64,000 bases of DNA, taken from positions 789-64,788 of the forward strand of contig CAYGXM010000003.1 in the NCBI GenBank assembly GCA_964354105.1. Direction: 5' to 3'. The notes beneath the pieces are model-generated. The model worked only from the letters and a program-made list of their open reading frames with translations. It had not been told where the DNA came from and did not search any database. Positions 24,388 through 36,569 of the stretch are shown here, in pieces (the first letter of the stretch is position 1; each line of letters starts with the position of its first letter). Both the position numbers and the translations under genes were made by a program. This stretch comes from Candidatus Woesearchaeota archaeon (GTDB lineage Archaea; Nanobdellota; Nanobdellia; UBA10117).

Positions 24388-24831
24388 ATGGTGCACATAC
24401 CGAAAGATACGCTCGAGAGAATCCTAGAAGAAGCGAACTCAGTAGTGGGAACTAAATTATACACTGCAATGGAAAAGGCCTGCCTAAAAGTTCTTCATAA
24501 TGGTTCATACGGCTTGCAACTGGTTGAACTTAATTACATCTCATTTTCTGGCGGCAAATTTGTAGCTAAGCGCAAAAAAATACCATCTCCTGCAGAATTG
24601 TCTGCACAATATATAGCCAAAAAACTATTGGACAGAGGCGCAATTTACACCAGATCCAGCCCTCTTGCCGATGAGAACTGCTCCATACAATCTGCAAGGC
24701 AGGCTTTTAGATATCTAAAAACTGTAAGGGCAGTAAAAATTCACCGCACAAGCCGTCAAGGTTCAGTCGTCACATATAAAGTAATAAATAGAAGAAAATT
24801 AAAGGAGATTGCTGAAGGTAATTTTACATAA
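24388..24831 (+). CDS. hypothetical protein, paralog A of a tandem pair (147 aa)
   Basis: The ATG is 5 nt after the tRNA-Pro 3' end. It shares LE+xLExAN near the N-terminus, KFVxxxKxIPSPxxxxAQYxAKK in the middle and an identical C-terminal IAEGNFT with the next gene. Confidence 0.55.
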   Translation: MVHIPKDTLERILEEANSVVGTKLYTAMEKACLKVLHNGSYGLQLVELNYISFSGGKFVAKRKKIPSPAELSAQYIAKKLLDRGAIYTRSSPLADENCSIQSARQAFRYLKTVRAVKIHRTSRQGSVVTYKVINRRKLKEIAEGNFT

Positions 24832-24888
24832 TGACAAAAATTCTACCGCAAGATTAAATAACAAGCAACAACATATTATAACACTGGG

Positions 24889-25344
24889 ATGAGCCAGTTA
24901 AACAGCGAGCTTGAAAAGGTGCTTGAAAAAGCAAATGAATTCTTAAGCGGAAATCCCGATTTAGACCCTGAAGAAGTATTGCACAAGGCAAGCGAACTTG
25001 TATTCTCAAGAAATTCGCACTATGGCAATTTGTTGTTAAACATGAAGTATATTTACTTGAGGAAGAATAAATTTGTAAAAAATGGCAAAGCTATACCTTC
25101 ACCCCATGACGCAATAGCGCAATATGCAGCCAAAAAGATTCTTATGCAGAAGGACAGGAAAATTTTCAAGGCAATATACCTGAGAGACGAGCTCTGCAGC
25201 GCGGTGTCTGCAGGACACGCGCTCGTTCGTCTGGCAGATGATTATGGAGGCTTAAAGATTCAAAGCATACGCCACAAGTATCATTCATACACCATTAATG
25301 ATAAAGAGAAACTAGAGCAAATTGCAGAGGGAAATTTCACTTAG
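24889..25344 (+). CDS. hypothetical protein, paralog B of a tandem pair (151 aa)
   Basis: See paralog A. The C-terminus is KLEQIAEGNFT, against KLKEIAEGNFT in paralog A. Confidence 0.55.
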   Translation: MSQLNSELEKVLEKANEFLSGNPDLDPEEVLHKASELVFSRNSHYGNLLLNMKYIYLRKNKFVKNGKAIPSPHDAIAQYAAKKILMQKDRKIFKAIYLRDELCSAVSAGHALVRLADDYGGLKIQSIRHKYHSYTINDKEKLEQIAEGNFT

Positions 25345-25404
25345 TTATAGTCGCAATTTGGCAAAGAAAAGACTTTTAAATTGCGAATGGCCATTTAAGT
25401 TAAA

Positions 25405-26805
25405 ATGAGGCCACGACATCTAGTTTTAGCACTGCTTTTCCTGTTGTTAATAGGCACTGTAAGAGCCGAGCTTGAAATCAAGGTTAATCCTGTTAAAGAT
25501 GCAATCGACTGGAACGGCACAGCAGTTTATGATGTAACTGTTACAGGCATCGCAGACCCTATACGATTAAGACCAGCAACTTTTGAATGGGGATCTGTTC
25601 GCTTCGACGATCCTATTCTGACATCAGGCTCATCGACAAGAGTTTACGTCCAGCCGCCTCGCGATGTTTTAATTGGAAATTATGCGGTTGAAATTCTAGC
25701 ATTATCATATGTTAATGCAGATATCCGCACATCAGACTTTTTACGACTGACAGTTCTTTCAGAATTGGCGCACATCGAGCCGAATTGGGGCATACCGGCA
25801 GAAATAGAGCCCGGCTCAGTTGATGCCAATTTAATTTTGAAAAACACAGGGACAACTGCAGTTGAAGACATAACTGCAAAATTAAGCTCCCCTCTTCTTA
25901 AAACACCGGTTGAACTTGATGTCGGTGCAATGCCAAAAGGCGAAGCGAGAGAAGTTTGGGATGAAACTTTGGACATTCCGCTGGACACACCTGCACAACC
26001 ATATGACTTTACCCTGTCGGTTTACAAAGGCACGGAATTCGTCAAAGATTATAAATTTACACCTACTGTATTAGAAAAAGAATCAGTTAAAGTGGATGTA
26101 TTTGAAGATCCAAAACTTTTAGGCAAGACTTACATGGTCAGCATTAAAAACATCGGCAACACTGTGGCAGACGATTATTATAAGATAGAAGTGCCGAGCT
26201 GGCAGCGTTTCTTCATTGAGGGAAAAGTAAAGCCCGCGGTAACATTAATCGGAAAAAATGCAGAAGCTGCCTGGCCATACTCCCTGCCGATTGGAGCCAG
26301 CACGACTTTAGTCTATTCCATTTCATTCCTGCCATTGCTTGCAATCCTGATATCTTTGTTGTTGCTGCTGTACATTGGCTTCTGGTATTTCGGCCAAGGG
26401 CTTTCAATCTCAAAAGAGCTAAGCTCTGCAGAACGCGCTTTGAAAGTTAAATTGCATGTAAAGAACAACTCAACAAAGCCGCAAAGAAATGTCATAATTG
26501 AAGATACAATCCCAACACCGTTGACATTATCCAGAGAATTTGCAACTATGCACCCAACCGCAATAAAAAAATCCGATGGTGCTGTAAAAGTGCTCTGGAA
26601 GTTTGATGTCATCTGGCCGCATGAAGAGAAAATACTGACTTACAACATGAAATCTTCATTAGCAATATCTGGAATGATAATGCTGCCTGCCGCAAAGATA
26701 AGAAAAAAGGGCGATGTTGGCGAGACTCCAAAAGTATTCTTGAGCAACAGGGTATCTGTAAAAGGAAGAATCAGGGCAACAGGCTCTGAAGAGACTTACA
26801 AGTAA
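25405..26805 (+). CDS. secreted/membrane protein with Ig-like (CARDB/NEW3-like) repeats and one internal TM helix
   Basis: An N-terminal signal-like MRPRHLVLALLFLLLIGTVRA. The segment LILKNTGTTAVEDITAKLSSP is typical of CARDB/NEW3-type domains. There is a TM segment LLAILISLLLLLYIGFWYF. A TATA-like AAAGACTTTTAAATTG lies about 30 nt upstream. Confidence 0.6.
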   Translation: MRPRHLVLALLFLLLIGTVRAELEIKVNPVKDAIDWNGTAVYDVTVTGIADPIRLRPATFEWGSVRFDDPILTSGSSTRVYVQPPRDVLIGNYAVEILALSYVNADIRTSDFLRLTVLSELAHIEPNWGIPAEIEPGSVDANLILKNTGTTAVEDITAKLSSPLLKTPVELDVGAMPKGEAREVWDETLDIPLDTPAQPYDFTLSVYKGTEFVKDYKFTPTVLEKESVKVDVFEDPKLLGKTYMVSIKNIGNTVADDYYKIEVPSWQRFFIEGKVKPAVTLIGKNAEAAWPYSLPIGASTTLVYSISFLPLLAILISLLLLLYIGFWYFGQGLSISKELSSAERALKVKLHVKNNSTKPQRNVIIEDTIPTPLTLSREFATMHPTAIKKSDGAVKVLWKFDVIWPHEEKILTYNMKSSLAISGMIMLPAAKIRKKGDVGETPKVFLSNRVSVKGRIRATGSEETYK

Positions 26806-26876
26806 GTCTCTAAAGGGTGAAGGAGATTGTAAGCCTGAATTTGTGTTAATGTTTAGATCTGTCTGAATTCAAGAGA

Positions 26877-26890
26877 TAACACTTTTAAAT
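26877..26890 (+). promoter_or_regulatory. TATA-like box for tRNA-Tyr
   Basis: TAACACTTTTAAAT, with its core centred 27.5 nt upstream of the tRNA 5' end at 26913. Confidence 0.5.
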
Positions 26891-26912
26891 TCAAATTTTA
26901 ACTCTAAATCAT

Positions 26913-27073
26913 CCCGCCTTAGCTCAGACTGGTTAGAGCGCCTGGCTGTAGACAGCACTTATCGCTAGATAAGCACTGAATTATAGCGCTCAGAACCCGG
27001 GAGGTCGCTGGTTCAAAGAAAACAGCGAAGCTGTTTAGGCTTTACTGCTTTCGAACAGATCCGGCAGGCGGGA
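26913..27073 (+). tRNA. tRNA-Tyr (anticodon GTA) with two predicted introns (44 nt at 37/38, 42 nt at 59/60)
   Basis: Acceptor CCCGCCT/AGGCGGG carries C1:G72, the archaeal/eukaryal Tyr identity pair. Anticodon arm CCTGG-CTGTAG[intron 26952-26995]C-CCGGG. Variable AGGTC. T arm GCTGG-TTCAAA[intron 27018-27059]T-CCGGC. The mature length would be 75 nt. Confidence 0.8.
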
Positions 27074-27147
27074 TTCCTAGTCAAAAACATTTTAAAAGCC
27101 CAAATTCCAGCAAAAGATTTATATTTAAGATAGGAGAGATAACTGTC

Positions 27148-27780
27148 ATGGCCAAGTTAAAAATGTCTACTAGGTTAGCAGAATTTGTCGGAATTATGCT
27201 GGGCGACGGGTCTATTGTTGCCAACAGCAGAATTAAACAGTATGCTGTTTATGTTTGCGGGAATTCCGAAGATGATGAAAGATATCTTCTAAATTTTATC
27301 AAGCCGTTAATTAAAGATTTGTTTGCTATTGAGATGTCTGTAAAATATCACCAAAAATTCAAGGAAATTTTATTGTACAAGTATAGTAAAGATTTTGTTA
27401 AAATTTTAGAGGGAGTCGGGCTAAAAGCAGGAAATAAAAAAGATAATAATGTTGGCTTCCCCAACTGGATTTTTACCGATAAGAAATTCATTGCGGCTTG
27501 TTTACGCGGATTGTTTAATACAGACGGCACAATCTATAAAAGATGGAAACACAAAGGTTATTTTATAGAGTTTACGTCTAATATATTTAAACTTCAAACA
27601 GACATTATAAAAGCTCTAGATTTATTAGAAATTAATCATAGTATATGGTTTAGGAGCAAAGGTCCTATAGCTAATAGGTGTAGTATTTGTTCTCAGGCTG
27701 CAGTGAAAAGATTTTTAAGCACTGTAGGCTCGAGTAATCCTAAGTACAATAAAATTGTACTGAAAGCCCGGGTAGTCTAG
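27148..27780 (+). CDS. free-standing double-motif LAGLIDADG homing endonuclease (210 aa)
   Basis: Two LAGLIDADG motifs: LAEFVGIMLGDGSI and FIAACLRGLFNTDGTI. The ATG is preceded by TAGGAGAG. The last 15 nt, including the stop, overlap the 5' end of tRNA-Asp. Confidence 0.85.
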   Translation: MAKLKMSTRLAEFVGIMLGDGSIVANSRIKQYAVYVCGNSEDDERYLLNFIKPLIKDLFAIEMSVKYHQKFKEILLYKYSKDFVKILEGVGLKAGNKKDNNVGFPNWIFTDKKFIAACLRGLFNTDGTIYKRWKHKGYFIEFTSNIFKLQTDIIKALDLLEINHSIWFRSKGPIANRCSICSQAAVKRFLSTVGSSNPKYNKIVLKARVV

Positions 27781-27876
27781 CGGTTAGGATAGAAATGCTG
27801 TGAGAAATTATGGCACTATTGCCCTGTCAATTACCGCAGAACGGTTCAGACCCGAGTTCAAATCTCGGCCCGGGCG
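27766..27876 (+). tRNA. tRNA-Asp (anticodon GTC) with two predicted introns (27 nt at 29/30, 12 nt at 37/38)
   Basis: Acceptor GCCCGGG/CCCGGGC with discriminator G. D arm GTCT-AGCGGTTA-GGAT. Removing 27795-27821 and 27830-27841 gives the anticodon arm GAACC-CTGTCAC-GGTTC, with a perfect stem. The variable loop is 4 nt (AGAC). T arm CCGAG-TTCAAAT-CTCGG. Confidence 0.7.
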
Positions 27877-27877
27877 C

Positions 27878-28546
27878 TTATTCTTCTGCGCATCTCATTG
27901 CAAAACTATGCTGCCCTAAAAAATTCTGCACAAACTGTTTTTGAAATGACTGCAGCCTTTTTGCAAGCTCCTTTGCAGTTCTGGTGTGCAACCTCTTTTC
28001 TAGGATATGAATATGCCACTCGATGTTATGAATTGTACAATCTTCATGAGTTCCTTTGGGCTTATACACCATTTTTCCATGTCCATAGCCATAGATTATC
28101 AATCTGGTCAGGCCTATTGCACCCATTGCTTCAAGATTGTCTGCATCTTGTACAACTTTAATTTCATTTTCAACATTCCGCACGTTATTGCCCCAATGCT
28201 TGGTGTCATCGTGCAGCCTTATTCCTTTAAGGACGTCTTCAATTTTAGATTCCGGGAAACCAATTCTCTTTAAAACTGGCTCGATCATTTGAGCACTATA
28301 CTCTGGATGCTTCTCTCCTTTAGGGTCTTCCTTCAGAACAGCAGGATTTGAATATCTAGTCCAGCCGATATCGTGAGGTATAGCAATCGCATAGACTTTA
28401 TCGCCGTCAACCTCCAAAGGTTCATGCGCAATAATGTATTTGGCCAGTCCGTAAGTCCGCATGGGATGAAATGGGTCATGCCCGGATGTATCCTTGCAGG
28501 TAATCTCAGAAACATATTCCCAGAGAGCTTTTCTCCACACACTCAT
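27878..28546 (-). CDS. HD-domain metal-dependent phosphohydrolase
   Basis: The HD motif is IAIPHDIGW, with further His/Asp motifs GIRLHDDTKH and VQDADNLEAMGAIG. The stop is 2 nt from the tRNA-Asp 3' end. There is an ATGA overlap with the upstream gene. Confidence 0.8.
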   Translation of the reverse strand: MSVWRKALWEYVSEITCKDTSGHDPFHPMRTYGLAKYIIAHEPLEVDGDKVYAIAIPHDIGWTRYSNPAVLKEDPKGEKHPEYSAQMIEPVLKRIGFPESKIEDVLKGIRLHDDTKHWGNNVRNVENEIKVVQDADNLEAMGAIGLTRLIIYGYGHGKMVYKPKGTHEDCTIHNIEWHIHILEKRLHTRTAKELAKRLQSFQKQFVQNFLGQHSFAMRCAEE

Positions 28547-29118
28547 ATTTCATACCTCTTCATCTTGGTGCCTTTTCCAATGCTGCCCGCAATCCTGATT
28601 CGCTCGAAATATTGCAAGCCAAAAACCAGATTATTATTTTCAGTTTGCAATCCTATTATATCGCAATTGCCTGCCAGCAGGGTTTTCAAAAACAGGTTTT
28701 TCACCCCACGTTCTATAAATTTTTCTTTGACGAGCTCCCTGAAGCTTGCATTATCAAAAGCCTGCAAGTCACCAGTCTCCTGGACATTAAACTGCTCCTT
28801 TACAAAACTCTTCAATTTTTTAACAGCGGGAAGCTGGTCTACATTTTCACCATAAGTATAAAATGTTGCAGAATCCGGAGATATGTAATAAACTCCTCTT
28901 AAAGCATTCTTGTTGTACACAAACTTGATATCACAATAGTCGGAAAAACCAAGAGCTATTGAATCAACGTCGTCTCGCATTACATTTAAGGAACAGATAG
29001 CCCTGTTTTTAGCAGAATTCAGCAGTTCTTCAAGCTGTTTTTTAAGCATGGTAAGCCTAACGTAATAAAGCAAAAAGTTTAAAAAGCCACCCAAAAAGAC
29101 CCTTACAGCCTTCCCCAT
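28543..29118 (-). CDS. hypothetical protein (191 aa)
   Basis: ATG-started ORF translationally coupled to the HD hydrolase gene. No motif recognised. Confidence 0.5.
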   Translation of the reverse strand: MGKAVRVFLGGFLNFLLYYVRLTMLKKQLEELLNSAKNRAICSLNVMRDDVDSIALGFSDYCDIKFVYNKNALRGVYYISPDSATFYTYGENVDQLPAVKKLKSFVKEQFNVQETGDLQAFDNASFRELVKEKFIERGVKNLFLKTLLAGNCDIIGLQTENNNLVFGLQYFERIRIAGSIGKGTKMKRYEI

Positions 29119-29177
29119 TCCTGTAAACGGATACTGAGGGAAAATCGCATCCTGTAGGCAAGGTGCACACGGTTAGA

Positions 29178-29429
29178 ATGGCTGTTGAAGCTGAAGCTAA
29201 AAAAGTCGTTGATATCCAAAAACATATTCTAGTTCCTAAACAAGCCATCTTGACTGAAGAAGAAGCTGCAAATCTTCTGGAGCAATTAAATGTAACTGCA
29301 ATACAATTACCTGTAATTTTTTTAACAGACCCGATCGTAAAACTCATCGGAGGCAAGCCAGGCCAAATAATTAAGATAGAAAGAGAAAGTCCGACAGGAA
29401 AAAACCCTTATTACAGAAGGATCGTCTAA
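29178..29429 (+). CDS. rpoH: DNA-directed RNA polymerase subunit H (Rpo5)
   Basis: KHILVPKQAILTEEEAANLLEQLNVTAIQLPVIFLTDPIVKLIGGKPGQIIKIERESPTGKNPYYRRIV matches the RpoH/Rpb5 C-domain pattern. The ORF-track start 29163 is GTG; the first ATG is at 29178. Confidence 0.85.
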   Translation: MAVEAEAKKVVDIQKHILVPKQAILTEEEAANLLEQLNVTAIQLPVIFLTDPIVKLIGGKPGQIIKIERESPTGKNPYYRRIV

Positions 29430-30947
29430 ATGCCAAACGCCGAAGTAAAATTGAGCAAAGAAGATAGAACACTATTAGTAAAAAAATATTTTGAAGAGAA
29501 CAATTTTGTGCAGTCAAATATAGAAAGTTTCAATGATTTCATAGAACGCAGACTGCAAAAAATCATAGACGAAGTTGCTGAAGCGACGCCGTCTGTAATC
29601 CCGCCAGAAGCCGAAGAAGTTAAGGTGGTTTTCGGGAAAATCAGGATCGAAAAGCCGACATTGATAGAGGCTGATGGCACAAAGTGGAAAATACTTCCCG
29701 TCGAGTCCAGAATAAGAGATTTAACATATTCCGCGCCTGTTTTCATTGAGGTTAGCTTAGTCATAGATGGAAAGGAGAGGGAAAGATCTGAAGTGCAATT
29801 ATGCGATTTGCCGATAATGCTGAAGTCAAAAAATTGCTACCTGTATAATTCATCAAAAGACGATTTGATTATGGCCGGCGAAGACCCTTATGACACCGGC
29901 GGTTACTTCCTGATAAATGGAACGGAGCGTGTTCTTGTATTATTGGAAGACTTAGCTGCAAATACAATTTTCGTGCAGAAAGAAAAATCAGGCCCGATAA
30001 CACATTCTGCAAATGTATACTCGGCATCTGATTTATACAAGATACCGCACACCGTAGAAAGGACAAAGGAAGGAGTTCTTCTTGTTACATTCGGCTCCAA
30101 CAAAAGGTTGCCTTTAATTCTGATTTTGAAAGCTCTAGGCCTGGTAAAAGATGCAGACATAGCTTCTGCAATAGGAGTTTCAGACGACGATGTTTATATT
30201 AATTTGATAGAAGCAGTCGATATAAGGACAGAAGAAGCTGCACAAGACAAGATTGGGCAGGAAATTGGGATAATGATGCCCAAAGAGCAGCGCGTCGAAC
30301 GCGTACAGCACATTCTTGATAATTTCTTGTTGCCGCACATAGGCACGCCGGCAGAACTTAGAATAGCAAAGGCAAGGTATCTTTGCACGGCAATCAAAAA
30401 ATTATTGTTGCTGAAACAAGGCAAGCTGAAGAAAGACGACAAAGACCACTACCAAAACAAAAGGGTAAGAATGGCTGGCGACTTGTTGGAAGATTTATTC
30501 AGGCAAAATTTCCGCATACTTGTAAATGACATGCTGTATATTTTCCAGCGCGGTGTAAGGAGAGGAAAAGTATTGCCATTAGGCGCAATAATCCGGACAA
30601 AATTCCTTTCTGACAGAATTAAATCTGCACTGGCAACTGGAAACTGGACGGCCAACAGGCAGGGAGTATCGCAAAGACTGGACAGGGAAAATGCCTTAGC
30701 AACATTATCACATTTGCAAAGAGTTGTGTCATTATTGGAAGCACAAAGGGAATCATTTGAAGCCCGACAATTACACAGCACTCACTGGGGCAGACTTTGC
30801 GCATTAGAATCCCCTGAAGGCAAGCACATAGGGCTTAGAAAAAATCTTGCATTGCTCGCCTCTATAACGCCAGAGCTCGGAATAGAAGAGGCAAAGGCGA
30901 ATCTAAACGCACTAACTTCACTTGGATTGAAGTTACAATCTAACTAA
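29430..30947 (+). CDS. rpoB2: DNA-directed RNA polymerase subunit B'' (N-terminal half of split RpoB)
   Basis: 505 aa. Its position after rpoH and its conserved Rpb2 N-terminal segments (GGYFLINGTERVLV, HWGRLCALESPEGKHIGLRKNLA) identify it. The ATG directly follows the rpoH stop. Confidence 0.9.
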   Translation: MPNAEVKLSKEDRTLLVKKYFEENNFVQSNIESFNDFIERRLQKIIDEVAEATPSVIPPEAEEVKVVFGKIRIEKPTLIEADGTKWKILPVESRIRDLTYSAPVFIEVSLVIDGKERERSEVQLCDLPIMLKSKNCYLYNSSKDDLIMAGEDPYDTGGYFLINGTERVLVLLEDLAANTIFVQKEKSGPITHSANVYSASDLYKIPHTVERTKEGVLLVTFGSNKRLPLILILKALGLVKDADIASAIGVSDDDVYINLIEAVDIRTEEAAQDKIGQEIGIMMPKEQRVERVQHILDNFLLPHIGTPAELRIAKARYLCTAIKKLLLLKQGKLKKDDKDHYQNKRVRMAGDLLEDLFRQNFRILVNDMLYIFQRGVRRGKVLPLGAIIRTKFLSDRIKSALATGNWTANRQGVSQRLDRENALATLSHLQRVVSLLEAQRESFEARQLHSTHWGRLCALESPEGKHIGLRKNLALLASITPELGIEEAKANLNALTSLGLKLQSN

Positions 30948-30948
30948 C

Positions 30949-32745
30949 ATGGCAGACGCATTTTTCAATGGGCAGCTCGTCGGAAACGTTGAACAGCCGC
31001 AGGAATTTGTAAAATCTGTAATAGAAGCAAGGAGAGCAGGCAAGCTGTCAAAATATTTGAACATACAATTCAGGAAAGCCCTTGATGCAGTATATGTTGT
31101 AACAGAAAAGGACAGAGTTGTAAGGCCCCTGATTGTTGTGAAGGACGGAAAGTCTCTTCTTACAACAGAGCACGTTGAAAGATTGCGCAGTGGAGAGGTA
31201 AAGTGGTCTGACTTAGTAAGGGAAGGCATCATAGAGTATGTAGACTGTTTAGAAGAGGAAAACACATTCATTGCCTTGAATGAAAATGATATAAAATCGG
31301 AGCACACTCATTTAGAGATAAATCCAATAGCGATTTTCGGAGTCACAACTTCCCTAGTTCCGTATGCAAATTACAATCAGTCATCTAAATTAAATAGGGG
31401 ACAGAAAACCCAGAAGCAAGCAATGGGCTGTTACGCTCTTAATTTCCCAAACAGGACAGATACTGCTTTGAATTTACTGCACTATCCTCAAACACCAATT
31501 GTAAGATCGTTCACGCAATCTTTATTGGGAGACGAAAGGGCTGCAGGCCAGAATGTCGTAATTGCAATCCTAAATATGGATGGCTATAACATGTCCGACG
31601 CTTCTGTTCTTAACAAAGGTTCCATACAAAGAGGCTTAGGCAAAAGTACTTATTTCAGACCGTACCGAACCGAAAAACTGCGGTATCCTGGCGGACAAGT
31701 TGATGAAATTTTAGTTCCACCTAAGGATATACAAGGTTATACTGTTGAAAATGATTATAAATTATTGACAGAAGATGGCATAGTTTATCCCGAGGCAGAA
31801 GTTTCTGGTGGTGATGTTTTAATTGGAAAGACAAGTCCGCCAAGATTTTTAGGAAAATTAGAAGCCTTTAGTACAGCAGCAAATGTCAGAAAAGATTCTT
31901 CAATAAGAGTGCGACATGGTGAAAATGGCGTTGTTAATAAAGTCGTAATCACAGAGAGTGAAGGCGGTTCTATGTTGATTAAAGTTGAAGTAAGAGAAAC
32001 AAGAACGCCAGAAGTTGGCGACAAAATGAGCTCCAGGCACGGGCAGAAAGGAGTCATCGGGTTGTTATTGCCGGAGGCTGATGTTCCATTTACCGCATCT
32101 GGAATAAAGCCAGACATCATATTCTCTCCTAATGGCCTGCCAAAGCGTATGACAGTCGCACATCTTTTGGAAGCGCTAGCAGGAAAAGTCGGTGCATTAT
32201 CAGGAAGGAACATCGATGGAACTGCTTTCGTTAACGAGCCAGTCCAAGATCTTCGCTCTGAACTTTTGAAGTTAGGCTTCAGAGACGACGGCACTGAAAT
32301 CCTTTACGATGGAAGAACCGGAAAACAATTTCCGGCAAGAATTTTTGTCGGTGATATTTATTATCTGAGATTAAAGCATCAAGTTGCAGACAAAGTGCAG
32401 AGTCGTGCAAGAGGACCCATCGCTTTATTGACGCACCAGCCAACAGAAGGCAAAGCAAAGGAAGGCGGCCTGCGACTTGGAGAGATGGAAAAAGAATGCT
32501 TCATCGCACACGGCGCATCCCTGTTGATGAAAGAAAGATTTGATTCTGACAAGGCAATAATCTGGGCTTGCGAGCGTTGCGGCGATATTGCGATACATGA
32601 TGTTTACAAAAATAAAGCCTATTGCTTATGCGGTGAAAAGACAAAAGTCTCGCCAATTGAACTTTCTTATGCATTCAAGCTGTTCCTTGATGAGCTAAAA
32701 TCACTGCATATCAGGCCAAAATTAAAATTGAAGGATAAATACTAA
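30949..32745 (+). CDS. rpoB1: DNA-directed RNA polymerase subunit B' (C-terminal half of split RpoB)
   Basis: 598 aa with Rpb2 C-terminal motifs (SSRHGQKGV, GGLRLGEMEKECFIAHGAS) and a C-terminal Zn ribbon CERCG...CLCG. Confidence 0.9.
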   Translation: MADAFFNGQLVGNVEQPQEFVKSVIEARRAGKLSKYLNIQFRKALDAVYVVTEKDRVVRPLIVVKDGKSLLTTEHVERLRSGEVKWSDLVREGIIEYVDCLEEENTFIALNENDIKSEHTHLEINPIAIFGVTTSLVPYANYNQSSKLNRGQKTQKQAMGCYALNFPNRTDTALNLLHYPQTPIVRSFTQSLLGDERAAGQNVVIAILNMDGYNMSDASVLNKGSIQRGLGKSTYFRPYRTEKLRYPGGQVDEILVPPKDIQGYTVENDYKLLTEDGIVYPEAEVSGGDVLIGKTSPPRFLGKLEAFSTAANVRKDSSIRVRHGENGVVNKVVITESEGGSMLIKVEVRETRTPEVGDKMSSRHGQKGVIGLLLPEADVPFTASGIKPDIIFSPNGLPKRMTVAHLLEALAGKVGALSGRNIDGTAFVNEPVQDLRSELLKLGFRDDGTEILYDGRTGKQFPARIFVGDIYYLRLKHQVADKVQSRARGPIALLTHQPTEGKAKEGGLRLGEMEKECFIAHGASLLMKERFDSDKAIIWACERCGDIAIHDVYKNKAYCLCGEKTKVSPIELSYAFKLFLDELKSLHIRPKLKLKDKY

Positions 32746-32859
32746 ATGGTGAATGTTGATAATGCCGAAATAAGCCGCTCAATAAGAGAAAAGGTGAATG
32801 GTCAGCAAGTACCATGCAAGCTAACAGGAAAATGCAAGATGGAGGCTAACAGATAAAAG

Positions 32860-36568
<3,709 letters not shown>

Positions 36569-36569
36569 A

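Noticed and set aside
24150-24464. 104-aa minus-strand ORF from the ORF track
   Set aside because: It lies antisense across almost the whole intron-containing tRNA-Pro gene (24139-24382). Its sequence is low-complexity with no motif, and the tRNA structure explains the region.
28373-28855. 160-aa plus-strand ORF spanning the HD-hydrolase/191-aa gene junction
   Set aside because: It is antisense to two translationally coupled minus-strand genes, one with clear HD motifs. Its composition is low-complexity.
32746-32856. 36-aa ORF (MVNVDNAEISRSIREKVNGQQVPCKLTGKCKMEANR) in the rpoB'-rpoA' spacer
   Set aside because: It is too short, with no motif and no supporting signal. It may be real, but the sequence alone cannot support it.
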